The translations under genes and the position numbers were made by a program. A DNA stretch of 63,064 bases, counting the filler, from Saprolegnia diclina VS20 (lineage: Eukaryota): assembly GCF_000281045.1 (NCBI RefSeq). It is 5 parts of 2 records of this genome, joined end to end, with 100 filler letters (N's around TTAATTAATTAA, not from the genome) between each part and the next. Parts side by side here need not be neighbours in the genome. Positions count along the whole stretch, not along the records: positions 13,111 to 34,345 come from NW_008246141.1; 4 more parts are not named here. One strand, 5' to 3'. The notes under the pieces were generated by a model. It was not told the origin of the DNA. It was given only the letters and a program-made list of their open reading frames with translations, and ran no database searches. Each line of letters starts with the position of its first letter. Position 1 is the first letter of the stretch. Below are positions 13,361-22,606 of the stretch, piece after piece.

Positions 13361-13753
13361 TTAGACGGCGATCGTGGCGTTGAGCATCGCGAGCTTGAGC
13401 TGTTCAAATGTCAGCGCGCCCAGCGCCTTGATGTCCAACCCATCGGCGTTGAACGCGCAGGACGCTGGAAAAACCTCACGGTACACGCGCGTGACCTCGT
13501 TGAAGACTGATTCGCAGTCGGCGCTCGCAAAGAAAGCGGCGACTTGGGCGTGCGTCGGTGCCAAGAGCGTCATCTGGAGGAAGACGCGGTCGGTCATGTT
13601 GGCGGCGCGCATGCACGGCAGCAGCGACGGGTGGGACTGGATCGACGCAAAGTAGTTGCCATAGAACTGGTCGCTCTGGCAGCTCGGCAAGTCGGCGGCG
13701 AGAGCAAGCGCGAGAACGACGACGAGGCCCACGATCAGCCTCCGCATGCCCAT
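13361..13753 (-). CDS. Secreted elicitin-like protein (4-Cys variant)
   Basis: Signal peptide MGMRRLIVGLVVVLALALA; elicitin-like spacing LPSC...LLPC...APTHAQVAAFFASADC...ASC. Confidence 0.65.
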   Translation of the reverse strand: MGMRRLIVGLVVVLALALAADLPSCQSDQFYGNYFASIQSHPSLLPCMRAANMTDRVFLQMTLLAPTHAQVAAFFASADCESVFNEVTRVYREVFPASCAFNADGLDIKALGALTFEQLKLAMLNATIAV

Positions 13754-14598
13754 TTTGCTGCTGGCTCGTTCGTAAAAATGATGGCGTCGAGCCAGTTTGT
13801 ATTATGGCCAATCACCGCCCGCGCCTCCTCCTATCCAAACCCAACCAGCCTTTTCACATAAAATCAAGTCGATAGTCTTGCACGTATAAATGCATATGTC
13901 GTCAAATTGGCGACGATAAATATGTACACAATGTGCTCATGGGGGTGTTTTCGCCGCAACGGGATTCCCAGTGCAGTCCGGCGCAGAATCCACCAACACG
14001 GTCGATTTGCTAAAAATTGCTCTTTTTGACCAATTGGAATGCGATCCAAAATGCAGCGGCGGCCGCCGAGGCGCTCGAATCGCAAAATCACGTTTGGAAG
14101 TGAAATCGCTCCTACTTGGCACATTGATAAAGTACACGTTTTAGGCTATGAAAAGTGTCTTCATGTCATCGACAGCAGCCGATAAGAGGTGTTATACCCG
14201 GTTGAAGTTTACCGTCGTTGATTGGCCATAATACTATGATATTTACACCAATGGGAATCGAGAAATCTGAGCCGGCACACCGTCGCCGGTCTCGCTGCAT
14301 GCCGGTTGAGTGTCATGATGTTGCTAGATAGTACTACTTCGAATCTGTGTAGAGTCAGCAACTCCATATCAACGACGACGGCGATGCTGGAAGAGTTCAA
14401 ACTCCAACGAGTGTTCGGCCACACTCCTCACGAGCAGCTCCTTCGAGCGCATCGCACGGTAATACTACTACTGTGAGTGCATCCAGGCACGAAAAGACTA
14501 CCGGTAGACGCTCGTCATAATTTCGACAAGGCAGGCAAACCATATCCTGGGCTCAAACAACGACTCGAATAATTACTCTTGCTTCACAAACACTTCGA

Positions 14599-15042
14599 CT
14601 ATAGGTTGAACGACGTCATCCAGCCATGCTCAGCTTGGCTCGTCAGCAGCGCATGTTGAAGCTCGTCAAATGTCTTATCGCCGAGCGTCTTGATGGACGT
14701 GCCGGTGCGGTCTATGGCGCACAGAGGCATCTCCTCGGTGAGCACGCGGAGCAGTGCTGAGTACAGAGTTCGGCACGAGCTGCTATGAAAAAAAAGCTCG
14801 AGCTGCGCCTCGGACGGCGGCTCGCTGGACGCGAGAAAGTCGACGTCGGCCATGTCGGCCTCGCGCATGCAACGCGCAAACGCTGGCTGGTCGTACAGCG
14901 GCGTGAAGTAGCCGTCGATGCCTTCCATCATTGCGCACAGAGGGAGGCCGTTCGGGGCCGTCGGTACCGGGGGCGGTGTAGCCTTGTCGTCTCCGGTGAC
15001 GGCGCTGCAGAGCGTCAAGAGGATCACGACGACGACGTCCAT
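14599..15042 (-). CDS. Secreted elicitin-like protein (4-Cys variant), paralog of 13361-13753
   Basis: Signal peptide MDVVVVILLTLCSAVTG; LPLC...FARCMREADM...PPSEAQLELFFHSSSC...MPLC...IKTLGDKTFDEL aligns with the neighbouring gene. Confidence 0.65.
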   Translation of the reverse strand: MDVVVVILLTLCSAVTGDDKATPPPVPTAPNGLPLCAMMEGIDGYFTPLYDQPAFARCMREADMADVDFLASSEPPSEAQLELFFHSSSCRTLYSALLRVLTEEMPLCAIDRTGTSIKTLGDKTFDELQHALLTSQAEHGWMTSFNL

Positions 15043-15509
15043 TTCTCAAATGAAAGACCGGATCGCGCTGGAGACGCAAATTCGCTAATCCAAGTTGATT
15101 TGCCCCGTTACATGCGCGCCGTACGCCGTAGTTATGCTGCGTTTATTCGTCATCGTATACTGCTTTAGCGAATTGCATCGCGCACGTGGCAGTGCGCGCG
15201 TTTCTCAGACCAGCGCCGTCTCATGGCCAACTTGCCCTTTCTACCCGCTGCTTGGAAGGCCCAAGGAACAGCACCAGTATGCCAGGGTATGTCCAACCTA
15301 CAGAAGCCAGCAGCTCACTACACATGCAAGCAACACACGAGTTTGCATCCTCTTCCTCGCTTGATCGGGTCGTTCATTCTTAGCTTGGGCGACTGGCTGG
15401 CTGTTCAGGGGTCGGAAGTGAAGCAGTCCGGTTTATTTGCGGCATATGCCTAAAATAGTGAAACCAGTCACACCAGATGGCACACTGGCAATCGACGTGC
15501 AAATCTGAC

Positions 15510-16048
15510 ATGGCGCGGACTGTCGCGGCCAGCGTGCTCGTGTCCCTCGCCTGGACCGCCGCCGTGCCCGTGTGTCCCATGGGCATGTTTGTCGACGTTG
15601 CTAGCGTCATGACGAGCTCGCGCAGCCTGGCGCCGTGCCTCCGCGCCTGCGGTGTGAGCTTTGCAGCGTACAACGCGGGCGAATTTCCGAGCGATGCACA
15701 GTGGCAGCGTACTACGCCCGTCTCGCTGCAGCACTGTGGTCTCTCATGTATGGCGTAGGTTTTGCCGTGACGCCTGACTGCCAGGCCTTTTACACGGAGC
15801 TCAAGACGAGCTTTGCAGCCCTCGACGAGTGCGTTGTACCGACAACCACTGGTCCGCTGAACCTCCACCACTTGGAAAACGTCCCGATCGAGACGCTTCT
15901 GCGCTTGACGTACCCGATGGCACACCCCAACTACACGCAAACGAATGCAACCGCGCCGCCACTGCACGCGTCGTCCTGGGCGCCACACTACGTTCTGGAC
16001 GTCGGGCTCGCAGTGGCCATTTCGATGCTCGTACTGGTACTTGGCTAG
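15510..16048 (+). CDS. Elicitin-like protein with C-terminal hydrophobic (GPI/TM) tail; exons 15510-15708 and 15759-16048
   Basis: Signal peptide MARTVAASVLVSLAWTAA; VPVC...LAPC...FPSDAQWQ/RFAVTPDC...LDEC across a 50-nt GTAC..TAG intron; ends VGLAVAISMLVLVLG*. Confidence 0.65.
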
Positions 16049-16100
16049 CACCGTGGCTGAACCCTGCTATGGAGGACGTGGCGTCTTTTGAGTCGATGAC

Positions 16101-16231
16101 GATATATATAAGCGTGTTGCGCGTTATCTTCATTGTTACAACGACTTCGCATACGTAGAGACTAGCAATCTCCTTCTTCTTCATTCGCTCGCCGGGCCGT
16201 GGCTGCGTAGGCGGGCGGCGGCGCGGGGGCT
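16101..16231 (-). mobile_element. 3'-UTR/tail fragment of the RTE-like LINE (second copy of 28066-28196)
   Basis: Reverse complement matches 28066-28196: CCCCCGCGCC...CGGCGAGCGAATGAAGAAGAAGGAGATTG.TAGTCTCTACGTATGCGAAGTC...(TA)n. Confidence 0.75.
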
Positions 16232-16585
16232 CGTCGGGCTCTAGTCAATAACTATACAAACATATATAAACTTTAAATATATGGTGGCTGGCGCCTTGTC
16301 CGAGACGAGTCCCACCCAGTCCCACCGAGAGTCCAAGCTAAATTGCATCTTTCATCTCATTTTGGCAGCGGTGAGCCATGAGATTTTGAGCTCGAAAATG
16401 GAACTTCCAACAAAACTCATGTATATTCCCAAGAGCATTGCGGTGAGCCAAGAGGGATAGGACGTGGAGCCTACTACTTGAATATGAGAGTCGGCCCGGA
16501 GCTTGGATGTTGGCGGTTATTTGCCTTGCTAAAAAGAGCGTCCAACTCCCCGGACGAAACGCGTTTTACAAAAGACGGTGCTGCG

Positions 16586-19500
16586 ATGCAAGTGGCACCG
16601 CTGGCGACCGCCCTCCCCTCGGAGAACGAACGCTCTGATCGTATGCCAAAGGCGCTGGGTCTGCTCTGGCTTTGGCTCGTGCTGGTTCCTAGTTTCTACT
16701 ACCTGACTCTGCTGCAACCGCACCTCGCCAACGACCTTTTCTGGCCGAACTACAATGCCTCGGGGTACCAAATCTTCGTCATCGACCTACTGAATGCGCT
16801 CTTGGAGTCGACGCCGGATGCCTCGACCGTCGACTTGAGCCTGGAGATGGTTGACGCGCGCTACGACGGTGTCTTGCCCAATGCTATGGTGCACCCAACG
16901 TACGCGATGGCGCTACTGACAACGAGCCGCTCATCCCTCGAGGGTGCCATCATAAGTCTGCGCAATACGTCCTTGAACAGCGTTCATTGGCTCCCGACGC
17001 AGTACTGCTGGATCGACTTTGACAAAACGTTCGAGCTCGCGTACACGGAATCGCGGCAGAAGCGCTGTTTTCATCGATACGCCGCCAACGGCGCCGTGTA
17101 CCTCGAGGCTGTCTATCGCAATATGGACTGGAGCGCCTATGTCGCCAAGTACGGCAGCCGCAACTCCAACTTGTGGTGGGCCATCTTGCGTGGTCTCGAG
17201 TCGTCGCAGCGCGGTGTCGACTGGATGAAGACCGTCGCTTCCGTCTCGACTTTGGTGCCAGCAGAAGTCGTATACTGGCAGCGTGCTGGCATTGAGGTTT
17301 TTCACTACCAGTGGCAAAGCGTCGAGCTTCCTGGTCTCGTTGAGACTGCGACGCTCCTCAACGCCCTTGGTATTCCAACATCTCTCACACTCAAGAGCAT
17401 CGAGCACAGCCAAGGCCCCGGCTTGTCCATCTCGTTCTACGAGTCTTTTCTCTTGGGCATATGGGTAGCCGGATCAAGCAACGCAAGTCTCATTCGAGGA
17501 TCGTCCGACTACTTCCTCAATAGTACGTTGTCCCTCGGAGCGCCGCCACTATCGTTGGAGAACTTTGCGTATGGGTTCAACATGTTTGGTGCGCATCAAG
17601 TGAGCTTGGTCCACAGCACGCTCGGTCCATTCCTCTCGATTGACCTCCTTGTTCTGTCGCCTCCGGTGGCGTTGGTGTCGCTCACGAAGAGCGTCTCAGC
17701 TGCGTTATATGAATCACTCAACAGCGCGTCCCCAACTACTTACGCAACTCTTCGGACGTTAACTGTGGCGCCGATACCGCCGGCGTGGAAGCAGTACGTC
17801 TACTACGGTGGGAACCTCATGTGCAGCTACGATACGCCGCAGACGTTTCTTCAGCCGCCATTCACGACCACCGATGCGTGCGACGTTCAAACGCTCTGGA
17901 CCGTGTCGGTGGCACCGCTGGCAATGGTCTCCGCTCTCTCGCTTGTGAGTGATTCCATTGAGAGCATCTGCGCACTCGGTACCTCAGATGCGTGCACGCC
18001 GTTTCTGCAACAAGCGAAGACACTTGCACTACGCACGCTCAATCAAACGCTCGTGCAGGACGCCGTCACAGCAGTCAGAGCGCTTGACGTCAGCGTCATT
18101 CAAGCTGCCTCGGACGTCACCGAAACCAACTACACGCTGCTACGACAACCGCTATTGGACCAATCGCCATTTGCGTTTTACGGCTGGGTTCTACTCTTCG
18201 ACTGGGTCGTAGGCGTTCGAGAAGTCGTCTCGTTTGAGGGCGACAACGGGACGCTTGTCTTGATCTCCGACGACTACGACACGACAGCGCAAACATCGCC
18301 AGCGTCCAGTGTCTTGAGTCGAGCTTCGATCACCGTCTACTACCTCGTGGTCTACTCGACGCTGGTTCTTGGCGCACTTGTCCTCGTTTGTACCGTCGGC
18401 CTCTGTTCGCATCGTCGTCCAGTGCACCGAGCGTCGATCGCCTACTTTTACCGCGTCGCAAGCTCGACGTGGCTCGGGCGCCCGCTGGTGCTGCTTCGAG
18501 GGACGACCGCCATGCTGCTCCTGAGCTCGGCGCCGGTTGGTCTATCTCGCTCCCACAACTTATTCACACAACTTGAGCTGCCGCGACGCTTGCTTTTGGA
18601 GACGTTAGTGTTGTCGTGGGAGGCGACGTGGGTGAGCTACGTGCTGCAAGAGCTTTTGCTGCCGCTTACGCGCCACGGTGCGCGCGAGGCTGGCATATTG
18701 AGTACAGCTCTCCTCGGGTGTAGTTGCATTGTCCTCGACGTTGTCTGGCCCGTGTCTGTCGTTGTATCAATAAACCGGTCGTGCGTCGCACAAGACATAG
18801 CGACCATGCAGGCCTATGTGATCCAAATTCATTGCCATAGCTGCACAATGGCGCTCGGGAGTCCTGGTCGTCTCTTTGTGCTAGCTGCGTTGGGGGGCTG
18901 CGCCGCCCTCGTATCGATAGCGTTCTTTCATTGCTACAACGACCACCGGCGAGAAGGCTCTTGTTCGCTGCTCGTGCCGGGCGTCGCTGTCGCCTTCTTT
19001 GACCAAAACAGCCATGATAAACGAAGCGTAGACGATATTTGCATGGGTCTGCTTCCGTGGCGTCATGGTACTCTTTTCGACATCAAGCTCTGGACGCTTA
19101 TTCACCCCGCTTCCGAAGAATTCTCGTCCGTCGTGCCGCTTTGTGGTCCTCGTGTCACCGTCAAAATCTCGAAATCAAACAGAAGAGGATGTCGCGGGAC
19201 GTGCTCTTCGCCAAGCAAGGCTTTTGTATGGCTTGTCGCTGGCGCTATCTACGTTGGCCTCGACATTGGCAGCAGCATCTCGTACCTCCAGGTCTTGGAA
19301 ATGACGCTCAGCAATGATCTCATTTGGCTCGCCTTCAACATGACGGGCACATATGTCTTCTTGGCCAACTGGATGTTGCAGTCGTCCTCGAGTACGGCGT
19401 CGTATGCTCTGGAGAGTACTGTTGGCAATCAACTTGGAGTCTTCAACACGACGGCGGCTTCGATTGGTTTTCCCATCCAGCAAGGCGCAAGAGTCCAGTA

Positions 19501-21832
19501 CTCAACCCTAACCACACTCTCGGATACGATCTCGGGGCTTCGTACTTTGGATGGTTGTGATGGTCCGTGGGTCTTTACGCAGTACTGCTACCTCGACTTT
19601 GATCAAAAATGGGAAATGGCCAACTCGACCAAGCGCCAAGAACGATGCAAGTCGATGGTCAGTAACGGCGCCGTCTTTCTCGCTTCTTTGCTTCGAAATA
19701 TTGATATCTCAACGTGCTGGAACGAAGAATTTGAGATTGGGTTTGGCTCCGAGCTGCGTCAATCCAAAACAGGACAAACTCTCTTGGCTTCATTCACCCC
19801 ACCGTACCTCTCGATCGACGACGAAGTGTCTTATTGGACACTACGAAATATCTCGTCGTATACACTACAGTGGCAAAACTACAAGTCGATCGGTCTCGTC
19901 AACTCGTACAACATTGTCAACGCCTACGGCATCTCGTATCCTTTTATGCTGCAGGCAACCGCGGGCTACCACCGCTTGGAGAGTCAAACGTCGTTCAAAA
20001 TGTACTGGTCGCTCGCCAGCGATCTCGGCGCTCTCCTCAAAAACACATCGACCATAAGTGGCAAGAGTCTCCTCCGGTCGAGCAGTCGATTTGCATTTCA
20101 AAATACCTCACTACAAGAGATTCTCGTGACCGAAAAGATGTTACCACCTTGGCCGTGGAGTGCCAATTACGAGCTCTTATCGTCGTATCTTGGGCCATTT
20201 GGATCGATCGACATGGTCTACGTCAGCGTCCCATCGGTCCTAAGCGAAGCCATTTGTGCGTTTGACGTTGCGGTGGCTGGTGCGAGGAAGCTAGCTACCT
20301 CGTCGTATGTGCTGATCCGTGATGAGTACCATACCTTTCCAGCGCCGGCGCTGTGGGCCAAGACCGTGTACGCGGCGAGTGGCTCCGTCTTGTGTCCCGA
20401 CCAGCCAAGTGCGTACCTCGCGAAGCTCACGTTGATCCTTGGTGCGGACGCTTACCAGAAGGGCTGCGAAGCTCTATACCATACGGCGCTCAGCATGGTT
20501 TCATCGCGCGACCACATTCTTTTCAGTGTGCTTGTCGCGGGTATCGATGCGACGACCAACGTCACGGCGATTTGCCTGCTCGAGCCCTTGAGCAACATAC
20601 CTTATTGCGAGACCAAACTACACACTGCGATGGCCTTTCTTTTGCACGTGCCGGACCTTAGCCACTGGCGACCGTCCCTCTACGCTGCCATTCACGAGCT
20701 CCAGATTCAGTGGGTCCAGTTTGGCGCGCTCAACACCACAGCGCCTATGGAGCTCTACCATCTCCCCGTACTCGACCCGTCCGACGCGACGTTCGACTAC
20801 GTGGCGTGGCTCTTTTTGTACGATTGGGCACTCGGGAACCGCGAAGTCATTTCGTTTCAAGGCGACCTGGGCACGCTCACCGCCATGGGTAGCGATCTAC
20901 CGCACCTAGAGCAGACAGACGACGCGGCGCAGCTGCCAACTGTCCTTGCTCTCTACGCGCGGCGCGCTGTCCAGTACGTCACCGTCTCTATCATTGCACT
21001 CGCGGTTCTCTCGCTTATTTATCTTATCCGTGTGCGCGGCGCCATCGAAGGCCGCAACCTGCTCAAACTCAGTCGCGTTGGCGGTCTTGTTTGGGTCGGA
21101 CGACCGCTCATCGGTCTCAGGAGCATCACGGCCCTCGCTCTTCTCTCGTCGGCCTCGGTGCAGCTCACGACCGATGGCCAGCTCAGCTACTTTACGTCGC
21201 AAGCGGTGCCTTGGTACACGACGTGTCTCGCAGCCAACGAAGTCACGTGGCTTGTCGGTATCGTCAACGACCTCGGACTGCCATGGACGACGTGGCACCT
21301 GCCAAAATACGCTCTCATCAACAGTCTTCTCGTGTGGCTCGTCTCGGCGCTTCTAGCCATCTTGGCACCGGTTCAGGCGAGTATTTCAATTGCCAAGTCG
21401 TGTGCGGTCGTCTCGCTCGACTACCAGGTGCAGTGCAGTGCGGGTGCGGTCCTGATCGGGTCCCGTGCTCGGCTACTGACGTTGATTGGCGTCGTCTTTG
21501 GCTGCAACGTGCTCTGTTACAGTGTTGCTCGGTGGTACTACCAAGACGATTCGCGACTACGGTCGTCGTCGCTCTTGCTGTGCAGTGGCGCAAAGTTCCT
21601 CTTTCGACACGAGACTTGGATCAAGCACGATGTCTACTACATGGACCGAGCGTCGGCCGTCGTCAACGGGCTCGTGAGCGTCGGCTGGAGAGACGAGTGG
21701 TTTGTGATGGACGTCAAGACGTGGCGCCTGCATCGGCTATCCAACGGCGGTACTCGGGACCCTCGACTCTGTCGGGCCCTACCCCTAGTAAATGGCGATT
21801 CGCGTCGGAACGAGATAGCGCTAGAGACATAA
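16586..21832 (+). CDS. Complete, intronless ~1748-aa internally duplicated multi-pass membrane protein of unknown function
   Basis: Uninterrupted ORF. ATG 16586 (MQVAP) matches the MRVQP starts of the paralogs at 61504 and 62813. Two homologous halves, each a TM, a ~550-aa Cys/N-glycan-rich ectodomain and about 5 further TMs. Confidence 0.9.
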   Translation: MQVAPLATALPSENERSDRMPKALGLLWLWLVLVPSFYYLTLLQPHLANDLFWPNYNASGYQIFVIDLLNALLESTPDASTVDLSLEMVDARYDGVLPNAMVHPTYAMALLTTSRSSLEGAIISLRNTSLNSVHWLPTQYCWIDFDKTFELAYTESRQKRCFHRYAANGAVYLEAVYRNMDWSAYVAKYGSRNSNLWWAILRGLESSQRGVDWMKTVASVSTLVPAEVVYWQRAGIEVFHYQWQSVELPGLVETATLLNALGIPTSLTLKSIEHSQGPGLSISFYESFLLGIWVAGSSNASLIRGSSDYFLNSTLSLGAPPLSLENFAYGFNMFGAHQVSLVHSTLGPFLSIDLLVLSPPVALVSLTKSVSAALYESLNSASPTTYATLRTLTVAPIPPAWKQYVYYGGNLMCSYDTPQTFLQPPFTTTDACDVQTLWTVSVAPLAMVSALSLVSDSIESICALGTSDACTPFLQQAKTLALRTLNQTLVQDAVTAVRALDVSVIQAASDVTETNYTLLRQPLLDQSPFAFYGWVLLFDWVVGVREVVSFEGDNGTLVLISDDYDTTAQTSPASSVLSRASITVYYLVVYSTLVLGALVLVCTVGLCSHRRPVHRASIAYFYRVASSTWLGRPLVLLRGTTAMLLLSSAPVGLSRSHNLFTQLELPRRLLLETLVLSWEATWVSYVLQELLLPLTRHGAREAGILSTALLGCSCIVLDVVWPVSVVVSINRSCVAQDIATMQAYVIQIHCHSCTMALGSPGRLFVLAALGGCAALVSIAFFHCYNDHRREGSCSLLVPGVAVAFFDQNSHDKRSVDDICMGLLPWRHGTLFDIKLWTLIHPASEEFSSVVPLCGPRVTVKISKSNRRGCRGTCSSPSKAFVWLVAGAIYVGLDIGSSISYLQVLEMTLSNDLIWLAFNMTGTYVFLANWMLQSSSSTASYALESTVGNQLGVFNTTAASIGFPIQQGARVQYSTLTTLSDTISGLRTLDGCDGPWVFTQYCYLDFDQKWEMANSTKRQERCKSMVSNGAVFLASLLRNIDISTCWNEEFEIGFGSELRQSKTGQTLLASFTPPYLSIDDEVSYWTLRNISSYTLQWQNYKSIGLVNSYNIVNAYGISYPFMLQATAGYHRLESQTSFKMYWSLASDLGALLKNTSTISGKSLLRSSSRFAFQNTSLQEILVTEKMLPPWPWSANYELLSSYLGPFGSIDMVYVSVPSVLSEAICAFDVAVAGARKLATSSYVLIRDEYHTFPAPALWAKTVYAASGSVLCPDQPSAYLAKLTLILGADAYQKGCEALYHTALSMVSSRDHILFSVLVAGIDATTNVTAICLLEPLSNIPYCETKLHTAMAFLLHVPDLSHWRPSLYAAIHELQIQWVQFGALNTTAPMELYHLPVLDPSDATFDYVAWLFLYDWALGNREVISFQGDLGTLTAMGSDLPHLEQTDDAAQLPTVLALYARRAVQYVTVSIIALAVLSLIYLIRVRGAIEGRNLLKLSRVGGLVWVGRPLIGLRSITALALLSSASVQLTTDGQLSYFTSQAVPWYTTCLAANEVTWLVGIVNDLGLPWTTWHLPKYALINSLLVWLVSALLAILAPVQASISIAKSCAVVSLDYQVQCSAGAVLIGSRARLLTLIGVVFGCNVLCYSVARWYYQDDSRLRSSSLLLCSGAKFLFRHETWIKHDVYYMDRASAVVNGLVSVGWRDEWFVMDVKTWRLHRLSNGGTRDPRLCRALPLVNGDSRRNEIALET

Positions 21833-21889
21833 ATGCACTCGGTTAGCGAAATGAGACGTGGTGATCTTGTGCAACTCGTTGACACATAT

Positions 21890-22560
21890 TTCTACCGCGT
21901 ATTTTTCAGTTGACAACTGGAGCAATCGTCGGGACCAGAGCGGTCAGTGGAGGCAACGCACTTGATTGGCGCCAAAGTTGTAGTCAGGTCGCATAGGACA
22001 ACGAATGTGGTCGTATTGGGATTGTAGTTTAGCCCGCCGCGAATGAGGCTCACTGGCCAGATCTAGAGCTTGACCACAGGAAATTTGACATTCCCGAGCC
22101 AAGGGCGTCGCAGTCTCATCGAGACAAGGGACAACACCGCTCGGTCAATTGGAGTGGTACACAGTGATGCCATGCAGCTTCCAGTACGTAATTTCGTCGG
22201 CAACCGCTGTCTGCACGGAAGAGATCGAGTCGAGCCAACGGACGTTTATCGCGGATGCCTCGAGATCTACTTGATGTGCCAAGATTGTTCGAGTGAAAGC
22301 TGTGCAGCAAATGTTGCGACAGACAGAGTCGAGTGGCATACCGAGGACGACAGCGGTCCTGCCGCGCCTCCGTGTACGCGAGCTCGAACGCTTTACTAAA
22401 GTCGACCCAGCACTACTGCATCGGAGCCAATGCACGCTATTAAATGGTGCGCAGGCTGGCGATGGCAAAGTCCAGTGAAGTGCGACTCGTCGGTACGAGC
22501 GCCATGGTGCACGTCGGATGGTTGTCGAGAGACTGTCGCGCTTCCGTGACCATCAAACCG
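21890..22560 (-). pseudogene. Decayed inverted remnant of the large membrane-protein family
   Basis: Minus strand reads SVHWL..MQ*CWVDFSKAFELAYTEARQDRC and WLDSISSVQTAVADEITYWKLHGI, with stops, frameshifts and deletions. Confidence 0.7.
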
Positions 22561-22606
22561 TGGAAAACACAATTGACTGTTGACACAAAGTGATTAAATT
22601 AAGCAG

